From IMG/VR virus record IMGVR_UViG_3300020047_007813: DNA of 64,000 bases; one strand, written 5' to 3'. The stretch's first letter is position 1; each line of letters opens with the position of its first letter. This document shows, one piece after another, positions 10,489-20,486 of the stretch. Made by a program: the position numbers and the translations under genes. The notes under the pieces are model-generated. The model was given only the letters and a program-made list of their open reading frames with translations, ran no database searches and was not told the DNA's origin. The stretch is from an uncultured virus (IMG/VR IMGVR_UViG_3300020047_007813) (lineage: Duplodnaviria; Heunggongvirae; Uroviricota; Caudoviricetes).

Positions 10489-11433
10489 TTAGCGCAATGC
10501 CTCAACTTGGAGTCCTAACGCTTTTGCGATGCGTCCATAAAAATTCTTAGTGTCTTTTGCTGAAAGCCAGTCAATCAAAAAACGTTTTGGGTCCTTTCCG
10601 GTCTCTACTGCACATATTCTTTCGTTTTTGGCAATCCCTTTAAGCATCCAATTCATTGTTACCTGGTCATAGAAAATAGCTTCAGACTTTACAGCCTCTG
10701 ATACTACAGCCTCAATATCGTTATCCCATGCGCATAATAACGTATGCATACGTTCAACGTCATCATCAGCAAGTCTCAGTAACTCAACTTGAATTTCCTC
10801 TATTGGCTGATTTTTATAGTCATAAAACGATGTTGTCATGCCCAAGTCAATACAACGGCTGGCAGTAGCTCTCAGTAAATCTTCTGATATAGCATTATCG
10901 CCACGGATCTTAGCCTCAACAATTTTAAATCCATCAATTTTTTCAAGCATTTTAACAGCGCGCTTCATTGCCTCAAACTCTTGGAAACTAAGCTCTGTTT
11001 CAATAGGCTTGCTACCATTAGCATAGGCCTTATTTGATGCATTTGCCGGATGATTCATTAAAAACCAATTTTTTTCAAAATCTCTTTTTGTTGTCATCAA
11101 AACACCGGTCTTGCCAATCTCTATGTGTGTTGGCAAAAATTCTTTTTCACCCTGAGCACCTCTGATTGCACGGGCAGTTTCTACATATCTAACTTCAATA
11201 AACTGACCATCATGTACAAGATTATATACACATGGTATATGAATGCTGGTTGGCGTTGATGGAAGTGTTCGGTCCATCCCTCTGCCATCCTCTATATTAT
11301 AGACACTTAAATCCTTTGCCAGGACTGTAAATATCTTACTTACATTGCAAAGAGACATTTCCTCTTTCATCTTTGCTTGATTGTAGCCTAAAATATCGGC
11401 TATACTCGACTTTTCTCCATTTTTGTAAAGCAT
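10489..11433 (-). CDS. conserved hypothetical protein downstream of the major capsid gene
   Basis: 314 aa; WFLMNHP motif; crAss-like synteny. Confidence 0.45.
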   Translation of the reverse strand: MLYKNGEKSSIADILGYNQAKMKEEMSLCNVSKIFTVLAKDLSVYNIEDGRGMDRTLPSTPTSIHIPCVYNLVHDGQFIEVRYVETARAIRGAQGEKEFLPTHIEIGKTGVLMTTKRDFEKNWFLMNHPANASNKAYANGSKPIETELSFQEFEAMKRAVKMLEKIDGFKIVEAKIRGDNAISEDLLRATASRCIDLGMTTSFYDYKNQPIEEIQVELLRLADDDVERMHTLLCAWDNDIEAVVSEAVKSEAIFYDQVTMNWMLKGIAKNERICAVETGKDPKRFLIDWLSAKDTKNFYGRIAKALGLQVEALR

Positions 11434-11464
11434 TTTTTGAGTTGTTTTTAATTGTTTAACTTAT

Positions 11465-11494
11465 AAAAAAGGTGGCAGCTTTTACCCTGCCACC
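11465..11494 (-). terminator. intrinsic terminator after the major capsid gene
   Basis: GGTGGCAG-8nt-CTGCCACC followed by TTTTTT. Confidence 0.75.
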
Positions 11495-11521
11495 CCACTA
11501 ATATCCAAAAACTTAAAACAC

Positions 11522-13150
11522 TTACGCGTAAATCTTGATCATTCGATTTCCACCGGTATGCTCTGCTCCAACTTCGGAACGGTAGCACAATAATGATAAA
11601 TCGTCCTCCAACACTTTCTCGCGTGGACCCGCACCCGATAATGTCCAAACCTCCATTTTACGAGAGTACCCGTTTTTCGATTTGTAAACACTTCCGATAT
11701 ATGGCAACTCAGTACCTAACTTTGGGTTTTTAGTTTTTGCCATTGGCACAACTAAAGCCATGTTAGATGTTTTGTAACCTGCAGGCACAAACTGTGGATG
11801 CGAGAACATCGGCATTTGCACGAAGTTATGCATGAAACGACCTTTTTGGAAGCCACGGAAGTTAACTGATGCAGCTAACCCTTCATCACCCATGAACACG
11901 TCAGTAGTGATTTTCTTGGTATAGTCAACACCGGTCATTTGGAAGTAATCTTTCATGGCATTGTTGATCTCAACGTCAATCGCATATCCGGTCATCCAAA
12001 GTAAGTTGTTTGGCGCAAACTGTTTCTCCAAAATTGACGACACTGTATCGAAAATAGAAGTAGAAAATGTACCTGCTCCAACTTGCATTTTATTTCCAGT
12101 ACGCTCAATGTACGGTACTAATCCCTCTGTCGAACGGTTAGGCTCATCAGTCAGCGGGTCCATAACGTTGTTAGCGTTAGGACGCTCCCACATTAACGCC
12201 TGGTCAATTTTTGCAAGCAACTCGTACTCGGCATACTCTTGCCCTAAAACGTGATACCCAACAATGTCTTTCCCGTTGTAAATCGTATCAAACCAAATTT
12301 GGTCAGTCTCAGTAGCGCCATCCCACGAGAATCCGCCTTTAATTATCTGCGTGTAAGCATAAGACTTACGAACATTGTGGGTTAAACCACGAGGTTGTTT
12401 ACTTCCATCCGACCAAGCATTTGTTACTACCGCTAATGGAGTACCTGCAGGGTAGTTTGCCAAAGTAATATTCTTTGTAACATCAGCTAACTTGCACCAT
12501 AATGTTACATTGCTTGTTCCTGCACCAGTAATGTTGTAAACGTGAGCAATTGCTCCATTTTCTTCAAAACGAATACGGTCATTAATCTGAATTGGAACGC
12601 TATATAAATTTGGTGATGCCGAATTGGTATAAGGCGCTGCTGTGGCATAAGGCAAATAGGTATTTGTCCCTGCTGCCGAACTTAACGGGAACGAGAACAT
12701 TCCATTGCTAGCATAAGATGCATCACCGGTCATTCCTCCTATACCTACATTAATTAGCTGATGAATCCAGTCTTGCTCGTAGGTCAGCGCACTATTACGC
12801 GATATCCCTCGACTATACCCCAGCGACTCTAAGAAGTTAAAATAGGATAGCCCCTGATCGCCATATATAGGCATTAATTGAGTTCTGACCTCGGGCTTTA
12901 ACATGTCAAATGTTGATATAATTCGGTTTCTCGCCAAACCAATACCCGCATTAACATCTGCAAAGGCATAGCCTTTACTTTTCAAACTTGACAATACCAC
13001 TGCAACAGCAATAGCAAAAATAATAGCGGATGCCTCAACGCTATATTGCGCAAATGCTGCCTCGGCAAGCACTCGGCTTTCTACTGCAATAAAGCCTAAA
13101 GAGGCAATTATTAACAGGAAATTTAAAATTATTTTAAATGATTTTTTCAT
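11522..13150 (-). CDS. major capsid protein (crAss-like) with hydrophobic N-terminal extension
   Basis: 542 aa; YTQIIK, ALMWER, TEGLVPYI and CYRSEVGAE motifs; follows a scaffold-like gene and precedes a strong terminator. Confidence 0.8.
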   Translation of the reverse strand: MKKSFKIILNFLLIIASLGFIAVESRVLAEAAFAQYSVEASAIIFAIAVAVVLSSLKSKGYAFADVNAGIGLARNRIISTFDMLKPEVRTQLMPIYGDQGLSYFNFLESLGYSRGISRNSALTYEQDWIHQLINVGIGGMTGDASYASNGMFSFPLSSAAGTNTYLPYATAAPYTNSASPNLYSVPIQINDRIRFEENGAIAHVYNITGAGTSNVTLWCKLADVTKNITLANYPAGTPLAVVTNAWSDGSKQPRGLTHNVRKSYAYTQIIKGGFSWDGATETDQIWFDTIYNGKDIVGYHVLGQEYAEYELLAKIDQALMWERPNANNVMDPLTDEPNRSTEGLVPYIERTGNKMQVGAGTFSTSIFDTVSSILEKQFAPNNLLWMTGYAIDVEINNAMKDYFQMTGVDYTKKITTDVFMGDEGLAASVNFRGFQKGRFMHNFVQMPMFSHPQFVPAGYKTSNMALVVPMAKTKNPKLGTELPYIGSVYKSKNGYSRKMEVWTLSGAGPREKVLEDDLSLLCYRSEVGAEHTGGNRMIKIYA

Positions 13151-13174
13151 TTGATTTTTAGGATTAACTCGTTT

Positions 13175-14191
13175 TTATTGAGTTACACCATTTCTCTTGT
13201 TCCGCAAATACGCTTCATACGCTTGTGCATCAGTCATTGGCTTTCCATTGTTATCGCCAGGAACTTCCGGCAATCCCGATGGATTAACTTTTTGTTTAAG
13301 CTCCTCTGCCTTAATCCACTTTGCATAATCAGATATTATCGTATCTCGATTTTGGTGCAACATTTCTCGCTGAATCGCATCCTTAACCCATTCTTTTGCG
13401 CCTTCCGATGATGGATTGGAAAATCCTTCTGTTGAGCCAATTACACCTTTTAAATAGTCAACCATCTCCGCTGTTTTTGCCGGGTCTATAGAGTACAGGA
13501 ACTCGCCTTTTACTCCGGGCGCAGAAAGGTTTATTTTGCCAAACTCGGCCACTAATTTAGGTAGCTCAGGCTCCCAAGCCTTCAACTGACGTTCTGTTGG
13601 AGGGGTAGAATATTCTTGTTTCTTCTCCCGCAACCATTGTTCGGCCTCTACTGCTGCCTCTTGCATATTAAGTCGCGCTAACTTAACAGAAGGGTCATCG
13701 GCACGTTCATCTTCTCCAAGACGATAAGTGAGATCTACAAAGTCTTTTGCATCTTCCGCTGAAAAACCTTTTTTCATCTGAACATACAACGTCATTTTTT
13801 CTGCAGCCGTCATTTTGGGGTCATCCAAATTGATTTTTGCAGCTTTTTCATAGACATCTCTCTTAATACCTGCATTTGTTGCTTTCACAAGGCTCCTCAA
13901 CTCGGCATCCTTTATCATTTCTAATGGGTCCTGCTTAGCTTTCGCTAATGCCTCCTTTACCTTCTCAGCATCAGACCATTCATCACCGAAAATCCCTTTC
14001 AGTATATCAGAATGGTTAGTTGGTGCCGGTGGAGCTGGAGGAGCTACAGGGTCCACTACTAATGGTTCATTGTTATTTGGTACAGCCGGTGGATTTTGTG
14101 GAGGATCCGCTACAATTGTTTGCGGGTTTGTTTCGCCAGGATTAACCGACAATCCACTTTTTTCCAATGCTGCCTTTAAATTATCATTCAT
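13175..14191 (-). CDS. putative capsid scaffolding protein
   Basis: 338 aa; Pro-rich N-terminus, charged helical body; immediately upstream of the MCP gene. Confidence 0.55.
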   Translation of the reverse strand: MNDNLKAALEKSGLSVNPGETNPQTIVADPPQNPPAVPNNNEPLVVDPVAPPAPPAPTNHSDILKGIFGDEWSDAEKVKEALAKAKQDPLEMIKDAELRSLVKATNAGIKRDVYEKAAKINLDDPKMTAAEKMTLYVQMKKGFSAEDAKDFVDLTYRLGEDERADDPSVKLARLNMQEAAVEAEQWLREKKQEYSTPPTERQLKAWEPELPKLVAEFGKINLSAPGVKGEFLYSIDPAKTAEMVDYLKGVIGSTEGFSNPSSEGAKEWVKDAIQREMLHQNRDTIISDYAKWIKAEELKQKVNPSGLPEVPGDNNGKPMTDAQAYEAYLRNKRNGVTQ

Positions 14192-14211
14192 ATTTTGAGG
14201 GTTTTGAATTT

Positions 14212-14649
14212 TTACGCGTTTGCAGCAGTAACCAATGCGTCAAGCGTTGCGCTTACATTAAGAGCATTGATTTGGGTTTTCACTTGATCCTCCACAAACA
14301 CAATTGACTTCGCGCTGTTAAGCGGGTCAACCAAAATGTGATGGATGCTACTAATCTGAATCCCTTTGCTTGTTGTTGTTCCGTCCTGGTTGTTTACAGT
14401 AACTGGCAACACTTGAACATCAGATGTAGGGTCTGTATTAAGTAACGCACGTACCGCGCTTGGCGCACTTGCAGCTTCATACGTTTCCTTAGTCGTTCCG
14501 TCCAATCGCTTGTACATCAAAGTACAGCTATATGGATTTGTTGTAGATGGAACTACATCAAATACTTTTGCCGGATTAATTGCTGTGAAGGTGTTGCCTT
14601 GGGCTAATCCATTCACTGCAGAAGCTAATATCTTGGTTAATTTTGCCAT
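14212..14649 (-). CDS. putative auxiliary capsid/decoration protein
   Basis: 145 aa, rich in A/T/S/V, two similar halves, ends LVTAANA; head module. Confidence 0.4.
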   Translation of the reverse strand: MAKLTKILASAVNGLAQGNTFTAINPAKVFDVVPSTTNPYSCTLMYKRLDGTTKETYEAASAPSAVRALLNTDPTSDVQVLPVTVNNQDGTTTSKGIQISSIHHILVDPLNSAKSIVFVEDQVKTQINALNVSATLDALVTAANA

Positions 14650-14701
14650 GACGCTGTATGTTTAATTATTTATTTTAGGACTGTAAAAATATAAATTAAA
14701 A

Positions 14702-15682
14702 CTATAATGCAAGAATTATTTTAAGTCGGGCTATATTGACCTCTGACAAAAGCAAGTTTTTATTGATATAGTCAACCGACTTTTTGTAGCAAGCGTTACG
14801 AAACTCAAAGCTGGCATTAGTTATCATTGTTGCATACATCTTCAACTCTTGTGCGTTTTTGTAATTAAAAACTCCTGGCTTTCTCCACTCTGGCCAATCA
14901 GGAGCTACGGTAACACAACCGCTATATGTGTATTCCATCCAAGCTATATTAGACTTTGCACGGTTAAACTCATTGTCATGGAGTGGTACAATTCCAACTC
15001 CATTATACCGGTAGTTAAGCATATCGAAGTAAGATAATAACGTAGTGTATTCCTGATGGATGTGCGTTATATGGCTTGTGATAAACTTTGGATTCATGCC
15101 AAAGAAGGTTATTGTAGCCTGCTTTCCAATCCCAATAATCTCATCTTTCATGCAGTATAAGTCCCGGGTATGTGTTGGCGACCCTCTCCATATTATACCT
15201 GTATTTACGGATGCGTTAGGCTGCAACTTAAATATGCTGTCATTAAGCGCATTGGGTACAACATATATTTTATTGTTGCTTGTCAGGCAATCAAAGTAAT
15301 CTTTAAGTGCCTGTGTGCTTACCATTACCGCATGTGCATTATTCAGAAAAAACATAATGTTCTTGTGAACATCGGGCCTCATATAGTTATCGTAGCAACC
15401 GTTGTCAATTGGTATCTCAAACAAATTGTCATCATAATCAATGATTAATTTTTTGCCTAACTGCAATGCCCGTATAGCGTTGGCTACATGGTAATTGGTA
15501 TATGGTCGCTGCATGAATATTATGTCATGTGCAATCATCCCATCCCAATCACATGCGTTATTAATGCCAAGCGTGAAGTCTATATGCTCTCGCATTTGAC
15601 TGAACGGACCCATGCCGCGATAAAAACTGGTGCCGTCACTTGATGACGGCAATAATCCAAGCACTCTTATTTTTTTCTCCAT
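14702..15682 (-). CDS. glycosyltransferase (GT-B fold)
   Basis: IIDYDDNLF, VVPNAL, IIWRGS, FNRAKSNIAWMEY motifs. Confidence 0.8.
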   Translation of the reverse strand: MEKKIRVLGLLPSSSDGTSFYRGMGPFSQMREHIDFTLGINNACDWDGMIAHDIIFMQRPYTNYHVANAIRALQLGKKLIIDYDDNLFEIPIDNGCYDNYMRPDVHKNIMFFLNNAHAVMVSTQALKDYFDCLTSNNKIYVVPNALNDSIFKLQPNASVNTGIIWRGSPTHTRDLYCMKDEIIGIGKQATITFFGMNPKFITSHITHIHQEYTTLLSYFDMLNYRYNGVGIVPLHDNEFNRAKSNIAWMEYTYSGCVTVAPDWPEWRKPGVFNYKNAQELKMYATMITNASFEFRNACYKKSVDYINKNLLLSEVNIARLKIILAL

Positions 15683-16389
15683 ATCCGGTTGTGCCCTACA
15701 TTAAATAACCATTCGTACTCATCATTCTGTGTAAACGGAGGTAACAGCTCATCCACTGCATTGCTTACCGTGTCAATGCCAGGGAACATCCCGTTAGGTA
15801 TTTGAAAATTATTGCTGCAGTCGTCAACTACTAATATCCCCCCAGGCTTTATCAATGGCAGATAGTTTTTGAGGTCTGAAACAACGGTGTCGTAGTCATG
15901 CCCGCCATCTATGTAAAGTATATCAAGAGGCTTTACCTGAATCATAACGTCCTCTAATATCTTTGGGTCTGTGCTTAACCCTTCAAACAATATATAGTCA
16001 ATCGGCAAGTGAAATTGTTTGTGCATGTTTATAATATCCACCCGGTAATCGCTTTCCCAATGGCCTCCTGCTGATGTTAATGGAGTTACACCATATCGTG
16101 TTACATAGCGTTGGCTATAACTTGCAATCTGCTGTACCAATGATAATACCTGCCCTCTGAATACGCCAATCTCTAAAAAAGTAAAAGACTGAGGCATGTC
16201 GTCAATGATCAGCTTCCACATATAGTGAAAGCTCCTATCGCCAAAGCCAAAAATGTTTTTCTCTACCCAATCCCGGTGAGCTTTTAGAAATGGGTGCAAG
16301 TCCGTAAGCTGCTTAAAGCCTTCGTGCATTACCAGATGGCTTTCAGGGTCATCACTCCATTTTTCTGTACAATCTTTTAAGTTCATCAT
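15667..16389 (-). CDS. class I SAM-dependent methyltransferase (Methyltransf_24-like)
   Basis: FLEIGVFRG, LYIDGGHDY, GGILVVDD motifs. Confidence 0.8.
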   Translation of the reverse strand: MMNLKDCTEKWSDDPESHLVMHEGFKQLTDLHPFLKAHRDWVEKNIFGFGDRSFHYMWKLIIDDMPQSFTFLEIGVFRGQVLSLVQQIASYSQRYVTRYGVTPLTSAGGHWESDYRVDIINMHKQFHLPIDYILFEGLSTDPKILEDVMIQVKPLDILYIDGGHDYDTVVSDLKNYLPLIKPGGILVVDDCSNNFQIPNGMFPGIDTVSNAVDELLPPFTQNDEYEWLFNVGHNRIWRKK

Positions 16390-17906
16390 GGTATTAATTT
16401 ATAAATGTGTGTCATATCTGTGTGGCCGTTACCGTGGATGATAACCGGCTCTGTGTTGGTTACTGCATTTTTAAAGATGTAATGCTCGTCATCATAATTA
16501 AAGTCATCATCATTTGCAAATGCTATACTTTGAAATACATCGCAATTTGTATCTAATGTAATAGCGCCATCTTCGTAGTGCTTCAAATACTGTTGCGTTG
16601 ACCATAACTGATCGTTCCAGTGGTCGTCCGTTAGCATGTCGGCTTCAACCATGGCTATGAAGTCATCAACCGGTGCAACCCAACCTCCACCATTCAAAAA
16701 TTTCCATGGCGACATCGTGTGTGGATATTGGTCTGCTAACTCGGGATGTGGGTAACATGCTTTTTCTGCCTGAAACATTATAGCATCCCAATTTTTTACT
16801 CTATAACAGATGTTTTGCATACCACTTAAAAAGAAGCTATCATAGCTATCAGCATAGACAAAATGCGTCAGCTTTAGTGGATTTTCTTTCAGGTAGCGAT
16901 ACGTTTCAAGTATCTTTCCTCCATAACCTTGCCAAGTATGATATATTATTTTGTACGGTATTTTAAACCGTTTCATGGACCGGACAAACTGTTTTAAACC
17001 AGGATGTGTTAGATCGGTAGCCGTAGTCACTACCATTATTTTGGCTATTTTACTTTCTCCGCTTTCTGATAAGTACTTCCACTTAGTCGGGTTAGCAAAT
17101 CTTGGGTCATAGTATATGTCCCTTTCGCCACTTAAATACTCATCCTTTATTTTCTGAAAATCTGCACCGCCTTTCTCTGCTTCCTTTTGTTTCCAATCGT
17201 AGTAACCATCACCACCGGGGTCAAGGTGTGTTATTTCTACCGATGGTAAAAACCCGCTGATAAATCCTGCCATGTGGCAACGGTAAGCTGCAAGGCTGTC
17301 GTCAAAGCCATATAGCCCTGGCTGATATAGGTAGCCTATTTTGTCAAGCAGTGCCGAGCTGAACATCTGACAAGTACCAATAACGTGGTGCACTTTCTCA
17401 AACGTTATCCACCTATGACCTCGCTCATGTGGAACAAACATTAGTTTTGACCGGAAGTTTGGGTCCTCGTGATCTGGGCACTCCCATAAGTCATTACGCT
17501 TTAGTCCAACGATGCCTATGGTTGGCATACGCTCAATAGCGTGTTCCATTAAGTCAACCCATCCTTGCTCGTGAATAACTACATCATTATCCATTTTTAT
17601 AGCATGCTCTCCTGGTCGTCTTGTTCGCCAAGCCTTATTTATAGCCTCGGCCGTACCTATATTTTCGGGCAAAGTAATTATTTCCGGCACGTATACCTCA
17701 TTTTTATTGGGGTACATATCAGCAAATAGTTCCATAAATGCCGTTAAAATTTGTTTCGTTGTTTCACAACTGTTGTTGTCAACGATTATTAACCGGTGCT
17801 TATTAAAGTCAACGGTGTCAAGCAGGGATTGAAGCGTGTCGTATGTAAACGCGCTTCTTTTATTTTCATCAGTGTCCCAGCAGCACATTGCGATTAAAGC
17901 GCACAT
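16386..17906 (-). CDS. two-domain glycosyltransferase: GT2 plus PLOD-type GT-A domain
   Basis: IIVDNNS, KMDNDV, YGFDD (GT2); then YADSYDSF, FQAEKACYP, FLNGGGW, NDQ, LDTNCDVFQ, IHGNG (PLOD GT-like). Confidence 0.75.
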   Translation of the reverse strand: MCALIAMCCWDTDENKRSAFTYDTLQSLLDTVDFNKHRLIIVDNNSCETTKQILTAFMELFADMYPNKNEVYVPEIITLPENIGTAEAINKAWRTRRPGEHAIKMDNDVVIHEQGWVDLMEHAIERMPTIGIVGLKRNDLWECPDHEDPNFRSKLMFVPHERGHRWITFEKVHHVIGTCQMFSSALLDKIGYLYQPGLYGFDDSLAAYRCHMAGFISGFLPSVEITHLDPGGDGYYDWKQKEAEKGGADFQKIKDEYLSGERDIYYDPRFANPTKWKYLSESGESKIAKIMVVTTATDLTHPGLKQFVRSMKRFKIPYKIIYHTWQGYGGKILETYRYLKENPLKLTHFVYADSYDSFFLSGMQNICYRVKNWDAIMFQAEKACYPHPELADQYPHTMSPWKFLNGGGWVAPVDDFIAMVEADMLTDDHWNDQLWSTQQYLKHYEDGAITLDTNCDVFQSIAFANDDDFNYDDEHYIFKNAVTNTEPVIIHGNGHTDMTHIYKLIP

Positions 17907-18511
17907 GTTCCCTCCCTTCTTTTTTTACGAGTTTCAACTCCCTTTTTGTGAGATGATTTAAATTTTTCTTTTGCAGCTTCGCTCCACTTGTAACCCGCAT
18001 GACTTTTACCCTTGTGAGATTTGCTCATTTTATTTTTTGTTGTTTCACTTGTTTTATAAATTCCTTTTACTCCCTTATTGTGAGGAGGCTTTAACCTCCT
18101 TTTTTCTTTTTGTTCTTCCGTCCACTTTCTCCCTAATCCACTGTTATAAAATCCTTTTATGTTTTTTGAAAACACCCTGAGGTACTCTTTTCTTTTTTCA
18201 GAACACTTTGTAGTATTCCCAACATCTCCGCCTAAAGTAGTATTTGTTAAGTTTTTTATTTTTGAAATCCAATACATTTCTCTTTCTGCCCAAACACTAT
18301 GATCTACTTCCTCTATTAATTTAATAGTTGGGCGTATGTTTTTTAACAACAACCCTTTTATCCAAGCCTCCTTATGCGTGTGTTTTACTGCAACTTTGCT
18401 TTGGTGTATATGAATCCTCAGCCTTTCTTTTATTGTAGATACTGTTTTACCAACATACCTGATCTCCAGTGTAATTGGGTCTACTAAGCCGTATATATTT
18501 ACTTTTTTCAT
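17894..18511 (-). CDS. GIY-YIG homing endonuclease with NUMOD3-like repeats
   Basis: NIYGLVDP..IRYVGKT..RLRIH, E..WI, LTNTTLGG, SETTKNKMSKSHKGK. Confidence 0.85.
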   Translation of the reverse strand: MKKVNIYGLVDPITLEIRYVGKTVSTIKERLRIHIHQSKVAVKHTHKEAWIKGLLLKNIRPTIKLIEEVDHSVWAEREMYWISKIKNLTNTTLGGDVGNTTKCSEKRKEYLRVFSKNIKGFYNSGLGRKWTEEQKEKRRLKPPHNKGVKGIYKTSETTKNKMSKSHKGKSHAGYKWSEAAKEKFKSSHKKGVETRKKRREGTCAL

Positions 18512-18515
18512 TGTG

Positions 18516-18523
18516 CAAATATA
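18516..18523 (-). promoter_or_regulatory. Bacteroidota-type -7 box (TATATTTG) upstream of the endonuclease gene
   Basis: TAnnTTTG ending 4 nt before the ATG. Confidence 0.45.
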
Positions 18524-18755
18524 CGTTATTTTTAACTGCCATTGCGATTAGTGCCATAGCTTATAATTTTAAATTGTTACACCTTTCGGTGGCTGTCTTC
18601 CCATGCTGCCCGACCATTGCAATCCTTGTGAGGTTATGATTTACTGATAGCCCTCATTAATATTTTTTTATCTGTAAGTTGAAACTTACGCTTGTGGCCC
18701 TACAGATTAATACAGGATGCCTTCGATTGACCCTCACCCCAAGTCCGGGAGTGCG

Positions 18756-19025
18756 CTATAAGCTACCAAACCACGTTTTTAGTTCTTTGAGCGAGTGAAC
18801 GCAAATTACGTCTCCTCCATGCTCAATTATTTCTTTTTTTCTATACTCCTGCAGCTTTGTTGGCTCTTTGCCCGGCTGCTTTACTTCAATCCATAAGTAC
18901 CTGCCATTTTTTAAAGCCAACAAGTCCATTACCCCTGGCACGTTGCTCATAATTATCTTCAGAACAAAATGCCCCTCTTTTTTTAGGTGCTTTACTATCT
19001 GTGATTGTATTTTACTCTCCAGCAT
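18756..19025 (-). CDS. VRR-NUC domain nuclease
   Basis: ESKIQ, GVMDLL, WIEVKQPG, LQ motifs. Confidence 0.85.
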   Translation of the reverse strand: MLESKIQSQIVKHLKKEGHFVLKIIMSNVPGVMDLLALKNGRYLWIEVKQPGKEPTKLQEYRKKEIIEHGGDVICVHSLKELKTWFGSL

Positions 19026-19248
19026 ACCAATAAAATTTCTCTAAGTCCTCAATTGCCCTTCCATAATTAGGAAAAGTCTTTACCTCAAACATATCACAAT
19101 TATACCATGTCTCAATTTGCATAAAGTCATGGTTTAAACATACCTTGGTCCAAAAGAAAAACAATACCCGCATCTCTATCCAAACAAGGTCGTCTACTCT
19201 TACTATTCTGAATTTATTAAACTCATCGTTTGTTACTACCGTTCTCAT
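19012..19248 (-). CDS. hypothetical protein
   Basis: 78 aa overlapping both neighbours. Confidence 0.5.
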   Translation of the reverse strand: MRTVVTNDEFNKFRIVRVDDLVWIEMRVLFFFWTKVCLNHDFMQIETWYNCDMFEVKTFPNYGRAIEDLEKFYWYAGE

Positions 19249-20486
19249 GCCGTTTTAAAGTTTATGCCGAAATCCCGTAGGAAGTAGCGAGTTGTGTAGT
19301 TTTTTTTCTTGCTTACAGCCTTATATATCATACCCTCAATGCCATCCTTGGCAAACACCCAATGAACCAGTGCCGGTGTCATCCTATTTTTATCCTGCAG
19401 TCTTGCCCTTACCTGAAAATAGGTTGTGGCCGAATAGTCTATGTTATACATCACCAATGCATCAGCCGTGCTCAAATTTATCCCCTCACGGCCGCTTACC
19501 ATCTGACATATAAATATCAGGTCGTCCCTTTGATTGAACTCCATAGGATCATCGGTAAAGTTAGCAAACTGCTCTCTCAATAACTTACCTTCCTCTATGA
19601 AGCAGTAGTATATAGCTATCTTTTTACCGGCAAACTTGCTCTTAATGTACTCCACTTTTGTCAAGTCAATGGTCTCCGTGGTGCCGTCCTCAAACTTTAC
19701 AGTACCACTATATAGCTGCCTGAATTTCATCAATGCCTTTGCTGGGGTCTCAATCACTATATCTTTATCTCCAATTTTTACTACCTGGTCATCCCTCAGT
19801 GTTTTTATAACGTCATAGGTTTTCTCTTTTATGCTGATGTAGTGGAAGTGTTCTGTAACCGGACAATCAAATCCCGCATCCTCCTGGCTTAGCTTTACCA
19901 TATAGGCGTTGGCATCTCCAAGTATCTTGCTCTCGTTTCCGCGATCATAAAAGTTTAAATTCATTCCGTTTATAGGATTAGTGTATTTTATTACATAGCC
20001 GTAGTTTACCCAAGCATAGAAATTCTTAAAGTTTTTCCATGGTGAGTTGTCGTGCACCCAAAACTGATGATAGAGCTGGCTATATGTCTCAGGGTTTGGA
20101 GTGCCGCTTAAAAATATAGTGTCCGTGCACCCAATGATCTTCTTTAGGTTTACAGCCCTGTTACTTGGCTTTGGAAAAGCGCCAAAGCAATGTGCCTCAT
20201 CCAAAATGATTCCGTCAAATGCCCCCTCGAGCTTATGAAGGCTCTCGTAGTTTATAATTGTCAGATCATAGCCATACTCTCCATCAGCATAGTCTTTCAT
20301 TATGCTGCTTATGGCTTTTTTCTTTGTCACAAACAACACATCTGACTTGTCAAGGTCGCTCATAACCTGCAAGCTCGTATGTGTCTTGCCGGTGCGTACC
20401 TCTGCCGCTAAATAGGCCATACCGTATTTATTGATGCGCTCAACGCATTGTGATGCCGCCCAAATTTGTGTGTCCCGTAGCTCCAT
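19245..20486 (-). CDS. SF2 (SNF2-like) helicase
   Basis: RTGKT, LDEAH, LSGTP, REGINL, QVRAR motifs. Confidence 0.85.
   Translation of the reverse strand: MELRDTQIWAASQCVERINKYGMAYLAAEVRTGKTHTSLQVMSDLDKSDVLFVTKKKAISSIMKDYADGEYGYDLTIINYESLHKLEGAFDGIILDEAHCFGAFPKPSNRAVNLKKIIGCTDTIFLSGTPNPETYSQLYHQFWVHDNSPWKNFKNFYAWVNYGYVIKYTNPINGMNLNFYDRGNESKILGDANAYMVKLSQEDAGFDCPVTEHFHYISIKEKTYDVIKTLRDDQVVKIGDKDIVIETPAKALMKFRQLYSGTVKFEDGTTETIDLTKVEYIKSKFAGKKIAIYYCFIEEGKLLREQFANFTDDPMEFNQRDDLIFICQMVSGREGINLSTADALVMYNIDYSATTYFQVRARLQDKNRMTPALVHWVFAKDGIEGMIYKAVSKKKNYTTRYFLRDFGINFKTA

Noticed and set aside
17894..18557. Group I intron around the GIY-YIG gene
   Set aside because: Under 50 nt of flank on one side and an overlap on the other; no space for P3-P9
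18575..18755. Possible structured RNA between the VRR-NUC gene and the GT cluster
   Set aside because: A few short hairpins, including CACC-GAAA-GGTG, but no recognisable family or repeated copy; evidence too weak
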